Source: Perkinsela sp. CCAP 1560/9 (taxonomy: Eukaryota > Protista > Euglenozoa: Kinetoplastea). Taken from it: 64,000 nt of DNA. The notes beneath the pieces are model-generated. The model was not told the DNA's origin. It ran no database searches and worked only from the letters and a program-made list of their open reading frames with translations. Both the position numbers and the translations under genes were made by a program. This document shows positions 55,336-64,000 of this stretch, piece after piece. The stretch lies in assembly GCA_965644495.1 (NCBI GenBank), contig CBFFSA010000007.1, positions 434,001 through 498,000 on the forward strand. The letters are read 5' to 3'. Position 1 is the stretch's first letter; each line of letters opens with the position of its first letter.

Positions 55336-57609
55336 AAGGGATTGTTTATAGAAATTTAATGAGATTATATAATTCTGTAATGAGATTATATAATTCTGAG
55401 TCTCACTTTTATAATTATAAAGCTCAAATTCTTCATTTTTTATCTAGAAAGACACCTGTACCACATACTTCGCACAAATAAATGCTTCCAAGTTGAACGA
55501 AGTGTCTCGAAAATCAAGAATTTGAGGTCCATAATAAGAAAAAATCAGTTATCAAATCTCATTAATAATTATAAACCATAATTATAATTATAAACTAAAA
55601 AGGTTTATAGATTATAATTATAATTATTAATGAGGGGTAGTACTGTGTCTGAAGGAAATGATTCTGATTGGGATCCGGACGATGATCTCTCGAGTTCTTC
55701 TATTTGTGATACTGAGGAATGGAGCGATAAGGAGACTCTCGAAGCATTCAGCGAACTTCGAGGTGTGTCTGAAAGTTCCAAACAAGAACACATCATAAAA
55801 CATTTTACTGATTCTACTGTCGGATTTGATGACCATACCATAGCGATACCATAGCGATGAGGAGACGGAGCTACCCTATAGATACCCTATAGATACCCTA
55901 TAGATGACCATACCATAGCGATACCATAGCGATGAGGAGACGGAGCTACCCGATTCCACTGTTTTATATGAAGGACAGCTGTTAAACATAATGGAAGAAA
56001 GAGTTTCAAGTTCCTGTGTGGAGGAGATCACTGAAGAAACCATCCCCCGAATAGAGGTACCCATTGTCACGGAGTCATGCAACCGAGAAATCAGTGATAC
56101 TATATACACTGTACTATATCAGTGATACTATATACTATATTCCGGATACCTGTATGGAGGAATACGAAGCAAAACTTAGGTCCCTCCAAAAAGCTTTGTC
56201 CTCTAAGGCGAGGACTATACTCGTACTCCGCAGAAAATTATATTCTTCGAGGTCAGAAATTGTAAGACTGAAACAAAAATTGGACGAAAAGGGAAATCTT
56301 CTTAATGATGCAAAATTTAGAGAAAGAGAACTTACCATCGAGCTTGACATGGTTAAAAATGAGCTCCAAGAGTCAAACGAAAGGTGCGAGTACTACAAAA
56401 AACAGTGAAGTCCTAAAGATCAACGAAAACAAGCTGCTGGCGTCGATGTCCCGCCTCAGAAAAGAGAATTATTTTTCTACAAACCTCGCCTCCGTGCAGA
56501 AGAACAAAAGATCGGGGCGCCCAATGAAGAGACGTACTATAAATCGGAAAGGGCTCCCTCGAATATGGTACGGAAAGGATGGGTTGAGGGAAAAGGGCAT
56601 TACTACCTTAATGCTGCGAGAGGACGACGTGTCTGGAGGAGCGTTTCTTCAAAATCTTGTTTTCACGGACGAAGTAAACATTCATAGCGTGATCTCATGT
56701 GATCTCGCGTGATTTCACGTGATCTCTTCTTGGGCCTCACCCGCATCCAGATTTGGCCCGATTGATGCCAGCATCGACTGCGATCCCGTACACCATGTGC
56801 GAATCTACATACTGTACATGTCCGTGCGGAGTTTCCCCCAAACCTCGTTCGATAGAATAGTCCCGTTTTCGTGTCATGTTTTCAGATTTTTTTGTGGAAT
56901 TGCCTTTCTAATGGAGGTACTTCGCTCGCAGGTATCGGGCGTAGCTATTCGTACTTCTTGATTAGCCATGCAAACCGACTCGAGGGAAGGTTCGTGAAGA
57001 TTTGCAGGTGTGTGAGAACCTTCTCAACAAATCTTTTTACTACCGCATATTTTGGTACGGAGACCTCCTTTAGTTTCTCTGGCCCTCTCCCTCCGTTCAT
57101 GACACTCTCGTCGGTGCCTGTGATATGCGTTTTTGAATCGGCGGTGCGAAAAGAACGTACATCCCTCTTTAGCACACTCCAAATGCCTGGCAAAATTGCC
57201 TGGCACCGTGACTGCATGCAAAAAAAATGAAGTCACTGACACCAGATTTATCCCATTTGGCAATAGTAAATTAGCCATGGGGCCGCACCTACAAGCGAGT
57301 GATCTTCCCGGCAGCACCGAAGTGCGTCGAGAAGGCTGGTTTGTAGGCGCGGAAATTAAATACAGATGAAAATGATCTCTTTAAAAGGTATATTATGTTA
57401 TGTGTACCTCACTTTTGGTGATATACATGTATTACATCCGACAAACAGTTTATAATTGCAATTTATTCAAAAAGTTCTTATTAATTCAAATAACATACTA
57501 ATGCTGTGTTTTTTTTGTGCTGTGCATAATCTAAAGTCAATGTCAGCCGCATAAAGATCATAAATTCCACGAATCAAAATATCCGGAAACCAAAAGATTC
57601 CAAAAGAAA

Positions 57610-57687
57610 TACGCACAACGTAGTGGAAAGCGTCACTCAGACGCTGAGACATAAAGACCTCGGATCATAAAATCCGGAAAACAACAG
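57610..57687. repeat. Dispersed repeat with an inverted copy at 63023-63102
   Basis: GTGGAAAGCGTCACTCAGACGCTGAG...CCTCGGATCATAAAA matches the reverse complement at 63023-63102. Confidence 0.8.
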
Positions 57688-57886
57688 AGTAATTTTTCAC
57701 CCCCCTCTTACCCCCCCTTAATATGTACATACCCCAAAAACGTGTGCATATTAAAGGGGGGGGTCTCAGTATGTATTTTAACCTTATTTAAAATATGGCT
57801 AAAATTTATAACAAAATAAATTTATATAAATTTATAACAAAATAAAAGATATTTCTGAAGATTAATGAAAATTTTTCACACGAATT

Positions 57887-59701
57887 ATGAAAGTACATGA
57901 AATTACCAGTCGAGTGCAGCTAGCTCGAAAGAAAATGGACAGTTCAACTGGCTCCGAAAACTTCGCCAACACATTGGAAATGACGAAGCTTAAAACTGCG
58001 ACACACGACGAAAATATCATGCACCCGGAAAATCATCATGAAAAAGACGGAGTTGCCAACCTATCCGAATCATACGAACCTAAGGGAAAATATGCCAGAA
58101 TGAGCTCCAATTCTATCATGACAACTCAAAAAGTGAATGAATGTGATAATACGCGTGATTGGGAACTGCAAGAAAAAACTTCTCTTTCACTAGCGAAGTC
58201 TTCTATCGACGCTTCTTGTCGACGCCTGGCTCTGGAATATGAGCAATTCTCGTTTGATAGATGTATGACCACGCGCATGTACAGATGGATGCGAAGGGAG
58301 TTGAGCAACTCTTGCTGGAGACAGATGGAAGTGCATGCCAAGAGCTTGATATCAGATGCTCCTCGTTCTATGTGTTGCGCACCCAGAAAACTTCTAGGTC
58401 TTCCTAGGGGAGAATCTCAATTTATTGTAGGTACCATGAACGGACGTCTTCAGCTATGTGATTCTTCTACACTCGAAGGGGTGCCTTTAACCTACCAAGA
58501 TAGCGAAATATCATACCACAATAGGCAGAGTACTTTGCACAATGGCAGGATACTGTGTGTCAACTGGTCTCCACATTGGTACGGGGCAGGTGATACTGAA
58601 GAGGGAGATAAGCATAGAGGAATTTTCACAGCATCAGCTTCAGACGATGGGTCAGCGAACGTTTGGAAAAATCACGAACACCAAGTAGCTACATTGCGCC
58701 ACCCCACGACAGCAAATTATCAAATGCGTTTCGTGGGCTTCTCTCCCACGTCATCGCAGCACATCATCACAGCCGCCTCTGAGGGATCATGGGTACTTTG
58801 GGATATTGATCGAATAACATGCGAAAAAGGAGTGGAGGCACAGCGACCTATTTTTTTGCAAAGACACGAGTCGCCTATCACTTGTTCGGATTGGCAATCC
58901 GATGGCACGCTTGTATATTGCGGTAATCAATCAGGAAATGTTACAATATGGGACATAAGATGTGCCAAGGTAGTTGCATCAATATCTCATTCATCCGAGC
59001 GAGTGCTCACTTTGGCTGCTCATCCTACTGATGGGGTCTCGCTCGCCGTTGGAGGCGAAGACAATTTGGTATCAGCGTGGGACATAAGACAGCCTAAGCG
59101 CTTCTCTTCTCTTCTAGCTGCACATTCTAAAATGGTAACCAGCGTTCGTTTTGGAATCGCTTCTGAAGTTACCAAGCAAAATGCCTCATGCAATTCCTCT
59201 TGCATCTCTTCCTGTAGCTTCGATGGAACTGTGGTTCTCTGGGATTATTTGCCTAACATTTCACGAGATTATGAACATCATGAAGTCACCAAGGGCTCGA
59301 GATGTTCCAACGGCGAGATATTGTCTGTTTTGAGTGGTCATGACAGTCGCGTGTTTGCTTGTGATTTTGCTTATTTGATGGATTCTTCCGCCCGCACTTC
59401 ACAGGTAAGATTGATCAGTATAGGATCTGATCGCACGTGCCTAAGCTGGGAAACTCCGAGATTGACACGTGATGCCCATCTTACAGACGCTTTGGAAAGT
59501 GAACATGGTCCTAGTCTTCAATATTGCTCAAGGCGTGCATCAAGTACTATAGCATCATCATACAAACAACCCGTGCTCGAAACGTTAACCAGTAATGATT
59601 CCAGTTCCGTAGTCACACCCTCAAAATTCAAAGAACTTTCTGAATCAGATCTTTTAGAAAACGAGTTAGAGGAGGAAATGAGCAGCCATCACGAGCACTG
59701 A
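57887..59701 (+). CDS. WD40 protein, probably U4/U6 snRNP PRP4
   Basis: Multiple WD repeats with SWVLWD...LQRH, DGTLV.CG, IWDIR, GVSLAVGGEDN..WDIR, L.AHSK.VT.V.F and SCSFDGTV.LW, in PRP4-like order. Confidence 0.7.
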   Translation: MKVHEITSRVQLARKKMDSSTGSENFANTLEMTKLKTATHDENIMHPENHHEKDGVANLSESYEPKGKYARMSSNSIMTTQKVNECDNTRDWELQEKTSLSLAKSSIDASCRRLALEYEQFSFDRCMTTRMYRWMRRELSNSCWRQMEVHAKSLISDAPRSMCCAPRKLLGLPRGESQFIVGTMNGRLQLCDSSTLEGVPLTYQDSEISYHNRQSTLHNGRILCVNWSPHWYGAGDTEEGDKHRGIFTASASDDGSANVWKNHEHQVATLRHPTTANYQMRFVGFSPTSSQHIITAASEGSWVLWDIDRITCEKGVEAQRPIFLQRHESPITCSDWQSDGTLVYCGNQSGNVTIWDIRCAKVVASISHSSERVLTLAAHPTDGVSLAVGGEDNLVSAWDIRQPKRFSSLLAAHSKMVTSVRFGIASEVTKQNASCNSSCISSCSFDGTVVLWDYLPNISRDYEHHEVTKGSRCSNGEILSVLSGHDSRVFACDFAYLMDSSARTSQVRLISIGSDRTCLSWETPRLTRDAHLTDALESEHGPSLQYCSRRASSTIASSYKQPVLETLTSNDSSSVVTPSKFKELSESDLLENELEEEMSSHHEH

Positions 59702-60311
59702 GCGAGAAAACAAAAAGATGTAGAGTTTTTCGAGATTTTGGTCGTAACTTATTTTTGTAGCTAGCTCTTTTATAGCTTTTACAGTGGCAGGCTCTTTTGT
59801 AGCATTTACAGGTGCAGGCTCTTACACCTTTTGTAGATGCTAGAAGGATTTTTGACGTACAGGGGGGTTAGCTAAATCTGCAAATTCTAACTTTTTGTCT
59901 CGGTCAATTTTTGATTTTGGAAACTCGGCCAATTTTGGATTTTTATCGCGCTTTTGAGAGCTCTCGCATAGCCTTTTAGTGTACTAAGCTTCTATTCGCG
60001 TTCATTTAAGTCCTGTAAAACGCACGTGAAGAAAAATGTCAAGAGTCTTCAAAAAGAACAGACCATAGTACACGCACAGTACAAGAATGAAGATTTCAGT
60101 TAAAGAACGAGAAAAATGTTTCATAGACTTTCCTTTCGCATTGTACTCGGAAGCATAGAGAATGCGTATTTTGCTTTAATTTTACCACAAACACAATGTC
60201 CTGTTGTCATAAGTTTCGATTCTATGAGTTTCAATTATGGATGCGCTTATAAGACGAAATTCGAGTTTCAACATCTCTCCGCAGCAATAGACAACCCTAC
60301 GAAAAGTTTTC

Positions 60312-62726
60312 ATGCTTAGGCGTATATCCTGTCTGTGTATTATTCCTGCGTCGCAGCTAAATCCACTCTCACCTCTCGTACCATCTTTTTCCCTTGTGGG
60401 TGCTATGGTACAGGACATACAGGATCGTACTATAAAAGAAGAGTATACACTGTTTTTTGAGCAATTATCTACAGAGGAGCAGATCAGAATTTTCAAAGAG
60501 AATACGCACCGCTATCGTAGTTGGATGGAAACCGCTATAGCGCTGCGTGACATCGACGTTGTGTCACGTCTGGTGAAATTTGTTCGCGAAAACAGTTCTG
60601 TATTACACTCAAATCCCATGTCCGGTGGTCTAGTTCCTTATTATTATCATTGCCTGCTTCGAGTTTTTACTCTTCATAGAGATTTTTCTTCCTTGGAACA
60701 GCTTTTACAGGTTATGGAGGCTCGAGCTGCCTCTGATCCTATGAGTTCTCTTATAAATAGCAACACTCTAGCATGGGTAATGTGGGTCGCCCATCGGTGC
60801 GATGACTTATTTACACTTGTAAGAGCATTTCAATTAACGAGTCACACTCGACATGCTAATTCGCAACGCGTACTCGAAAAGGAAAGTGAAGATTATTTGT
60901 TTGCTGATTGCGAAGGAATCGCGTGCGAAGCTTCTAAAACAGTTGCTCCGACCGTTTCAATGATGCTGTATATTGTATCACAGTGTTCCGCACCAATGGC
61001 GGGCTTAATTTCAAAAATAGGACGCACAAAGAACTCGAAATTCAGTATGAAATTGATCGAAACGGCTAACTTTTCTTGTTCTTTGCCACCTGAACTAGGT
61101 GTCTTGCTGGCGGCAACGCTGAAAATGCTTGATATTCGTATGCAATCTATTGACTACATCTCTCTTCTGATGTGTGTTCTGAATAATCATAATAGATTCT
61201 CCCGGATCCAAAGGACTATTCTTTACCATTGTCATACATCCGATGTGAATAACGATGGATATAGCAGCTTTCAATGTCTGGTGGAGCGCATTAGTGTACC
61301 CAAGTCAGTTATTTCTGGGCATCAGCAACGATGTACTCAACTTGTTGATTCTATAGTACGTACAGTACACGAATGTCTGGTTAAATGCGGTAAAGATATA
61401 AGAAAACCAATGCGTTTAGGATTTACACAGTGCCGTCACGTCACCTTAGAAGGATGGGTGAGATCTGTGCTCCACCTAGCATGTGAAGAACTCACTGACC
61501 CTTCAGCCATTTTTGATGCACTTCTGACTTGGGGAGATGTCCAAAAACGGCGTATATTTGTGTTGGACGTATCGCTGCAACTTATGTCCGCACTTGCGAG
61601 GGATACCACAAATGCAAGTCAAAATAGAAAATCGGAGGATGTCCTTCTTACTTTGAGAAGCAAAATAATAAGAAAATGTAGACCTTCCATACAGGCTCAG
61701 GAACTTCATTTTCACCCAATGTTTACTTCAGTTGCGTTATTCGCTGACAATTTAATGCATTATTCTTCTGGGTCGCGGTTATGGGCGCAATTTAGTGCTT
61801 TGGCAGATGCAGCTTTGTCCCATCCAAAATATGAGGATGGCACTCGACTATACGTGAAATCTCAGAAATTAATGTTTCTTCAAACTGAGGATCTTAAACA
61901 AAACTTGCAACACATATTACACACTGGAATGAGAATGCGCAGTGATCAAAAAATCTCCTTCAGTGTGATGCGCGAGGCCGTTAGGTGCGCACTAGACGCA
62001 TGCGCCCGCTGGGTTCCAAAAGACCTAAAGCTGAATGAACTTTCGATGAAAGCGAGGTACAAGTGGTGGACATTCAATGATTGTAGGGACATGGCCTTAT
62101 CACTGTACGGCTCTGTTTCTGAGGCCAATGAAAAAATGAAAACTATATTCCTGAATAACTGTATACCCCCGGCCATGAAGGGCTCTGTTTCTTCAGAAGA
62201 AGAATTCTTCTTCGCGAAGAAAGTCGATTCATCAGTTCACAAGCCCAGTAAAGTATTACAGCGAAAAACGTCGTGCTGGTTACAGCTCCCCGATACCTAC
62301 ATTCCTGATCACATGACAGATCCCCATGTATACAACATGTTTCCGCGTATTAGATTACCCGCAGAATCTACCGCACAAGGCATTCATTCAGCTATTCGTC
62401 AGAACAGCATTGATGTTTTCCCACAAATATATGAGATGATAAAGGACTGTCACCTAAACCAGAATACTTGGTATTTAAACGACAAGGACACAGTAATACG
62501 ACTTGTTCGTTGCCTATTACATCGGCTTGATTTCGACGGTGCGATTGGGGTAATGCGTGCAGCTATTCGACTTCTGGGATATGGGCATAAAATGGACCGC
62601 GATATACAGAAAATCTTTTCTGAAATACACGATCCAAGTGGATCAATTTGCTTTAAGCTTGCATCAGGAATAATGGATGGAGAAGTACATCAAACTAAAA
62701 CTCGTCACTATGCACCAAAAGTTTAG
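60312..62726 (+). CDS. Hypothetical 804-aa helical-repeat protein, probably mitochondrial
   Basis: MLRR N-terminus and PPR-like segments (YHCLLRVF...LLQVM; INSNTLAWVM). Confidence 0.75.
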   Translation: MLRRISCLCIIPASQLNPLSPLVPSFSLVGAMVQDIQDRTIKEEYTLFFEQLSTEEQIRIFKENTHRYRSWMETAIALRDIDVVSRLVKFVRENSSVLHSNPMSGGLVPYYYHCLLRVFTLHRDFSSLEQLLQVMEARAASDPMSSLINSNTLAWVMWVAHRCDDLFTLVRAFQLTSHTRHANSQRVLEKESEDYLFADCEGIACEASKTVAPTVSMMLYIVSQCSAPMAGLISKIGRTKNSKFSMKLIETANFSCSLPPELGVLLAATLKMLDIRMQSIDYISLLMCVLNNHNRFSRIQRTILYHCHTSDVNNDGYSSFQCLVERISVPKSVISGHQQRCTQLVDSIVRTVHECLVKCGKDIRKPMRLGFTQCRHVTLEGWVRSVLHLACEELTDPSAIFDALLTWGDVQKRRIFVLDVSLQLMSALARDTTNASQNRKSEDVLLTLRSKIIRKCRPSIQAQELHFHPMFTSVALFADNLMHYSSGSRLWAQFSALADAALSHPKYEDGTRLYVKSQKLMFLQTEDLKQNLQHILHTGMRMRSDQKISFSVMREAVRCALDACARWVPKDLKLNELSMKARYKWWTFNDCRDMALSLYGSVSEANEKMKTIFLNNCIPPAMKGSVSSEEEFFFAKKVDSSVHKPSKVLQRKTSCWLQLPDTYIPDHMTDPHVYNMFPRIRLPAESTAQGIHSAIRQNSIDVFPQIYEMIKDCHLNQNTWYLNDKDTVIRLVRCLLHRLDFDGAIGVMRAAIRLLGYGHKMDRDIQKIFSEIHDPSGSICFKLASGIMDGEVHQTKTRHYAPKV

Positions 62727-62801
62727 TGATGATAATTTGCATAAAAAGAAAAAATGGATGTTTCATTCACACCATCAAAGTTGGGATACATTTAGTTTTT
62801 C

Positions 62802-62914
62802 TTTTTTATGCTCTTCGTTAAACGCGGTGGTGGTTTTCAACGCGAAGCGGGGAGCAACCGGGAACACGGTTTAAGTTGAAAACAACCACCGCGTTTAACG
62901 AAGAGCACAAAAAA
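62802..62914. mobile_element. Short palindromic MITE family C
   Basis: Same inverted arms as 50888-50996. Confidence 0.8.
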
Positions 62915-63593
62915 CACAATTATACCTAGGAGGTACAATAGGTGTCCCTAGGTATAATAACCCGGAGTAAAATAATAGTGGTATAAAATAATAGGGTATA
63001 ATAATAGTGAGGTATTTTCGGACTGTTGTTTCCCGGATTTTTTATGATCCGAGGCCTTTATGACTCAGCGTCTGAGTGACGCTTTCCACTGCGTGGTGCG
63101 TAGTGAGGTATTTTCGGACTGTTGTTTCCCGGAAATTCAGGAGTTTACTTTCTTTTGCGGCTCTTTTCTCGCGTTACAGCTTAACTCCTTTTAACTGAAC
63201 AGCCTTGGCTTTTTCAACTTCAGCGATGCTGCACCTTTCACGCAATTCATTAATCTTTTTCATGATATCCGCTCGTTCATTTTAACAAGATACGATCTTT
63301 TTCTACATCGGTGTGATTTTCTTTTTCAGAGAGGTACATTGTTTAGCTTTAACCCGACAAAGGTCTCGACTGTCTCTCAACTCGGCCTCAATTTTTCTTC
63401 CGTTTCCGTCGGCAAAACGTCATGTGAAGTCGTGATGTGCTCGACAAGATTCAGTTCCACTCCTGCTGCATGAGAAGTCGTGATATGGTCAATCAGGTTC
63501 ATTTGCTCTTCTGTCAACAGGAGGAGAAGCAATCTTTCTTTTTGCATCGCACCGCCACCTGCTGCCGAATGCTGTGGCCAGACCGTGCCCGCC

Positions 63594-63654
63594 ATACAGT
63601 ATTTAATTCCGGTAATACAGTATTTAATTCCGGTAATACAGTATTTAACTCCGG
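63594..63654. repeat. 21-bp tandem repeat x3 (ATACAGTATTTAATTCCGGTA)
   Basis: Read directly from the sequence. Confidence 0.85.
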
Positions 63655-64000
63655 TCAGGTGGTACTGTCTGTTCGTCGGCATAGCGCACCGCACCGTCCG
63701 AGCTACCCTATTATTATTATCATTACTCAAAGCCTTTGGAATTCTCAACAACTCAAGTTTAATTCTCGACAAAAGTCGCTTTCTCCTTTTATTATAATAG
63801 ACATTATTGCGGTGGTTGTAAAACTACCGCTCTACACTCGATTATTGAAAAAAAAGTGAACAAAAACAGTGAAAATATAAAGAGGAACACAGTAATATAA
63901 TAGAAGAAAAAAATATAAAAGGGGGCTCCGGTGGTCCAAAACTGAAAATTTTTTTTGAAAAAAATGGGGGGTCCATGGGGGGGGTCCAGGGGGGGGGTCC

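Noticed and set aside
63966-64000. G-run repeats at the window end as telomere
   Set aside because: The GGGGGGTCCA-type units are irregular, follow MITE-like sequence and are cut by the window edge; they cannot be assigned.

Overview
Eukaryotic, intron-free, gene-dense DNA. All ~23 credible host genes are single ORFs on the + strand. That layout, together with SNAP50 and a near-match to the euglenozoan spliced-leader core, suggests a kinetoplastid-like protist with a polycistronic gene cluster (inference). Recognisable genes: TYW3, RPL39 (missed by the ORF track), CK2 alpha, SCC3/STAG, NAA20, aspartyl aminopeptidase, 3-hydroxyacyl-CoA dehydrogenase, SNAP50, RPS5, reticulon, DTWD1, a TylF-type O-methyltransferase, WDR33/PFS2 and a PRP4-like WD40 protein. 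Intergenic DNA, especially 30.3-45.7 kb and 49.6-57.8 kb, is a nested transposon graveyard. It holds an R2-superfamily (HERO-like) retroelement with four Mer3/HFM1-like zinc fingers, a CRE-like RT, Tc1, hAT and MULE relics and several MITE families. Every recognisable TE ORF lies on the - strand. The strongest unexplained signals are: (1) a ~540-bp insert (33769-34310) that folds on the + strand into a pseudo-symmetric multi-branch structure with six GUGCRGAGAG linkers and ends in an 18-nt stretch antisense to the spliced-leader core; (2) a ~240-nt structured element present twice with conserved helices, one copy with a (GAA)n tail and one inside a MULE; (3) a SINE-like element sharing the 3' end of the HERO-like LINE; (4) sharp C-rich to G-rich skew switches inside two coding genes; (5) a Pol III A/B-box cluster with a tRNA-like relic. 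All calls come from reading motifs by eye; no searches or folding programs were run.
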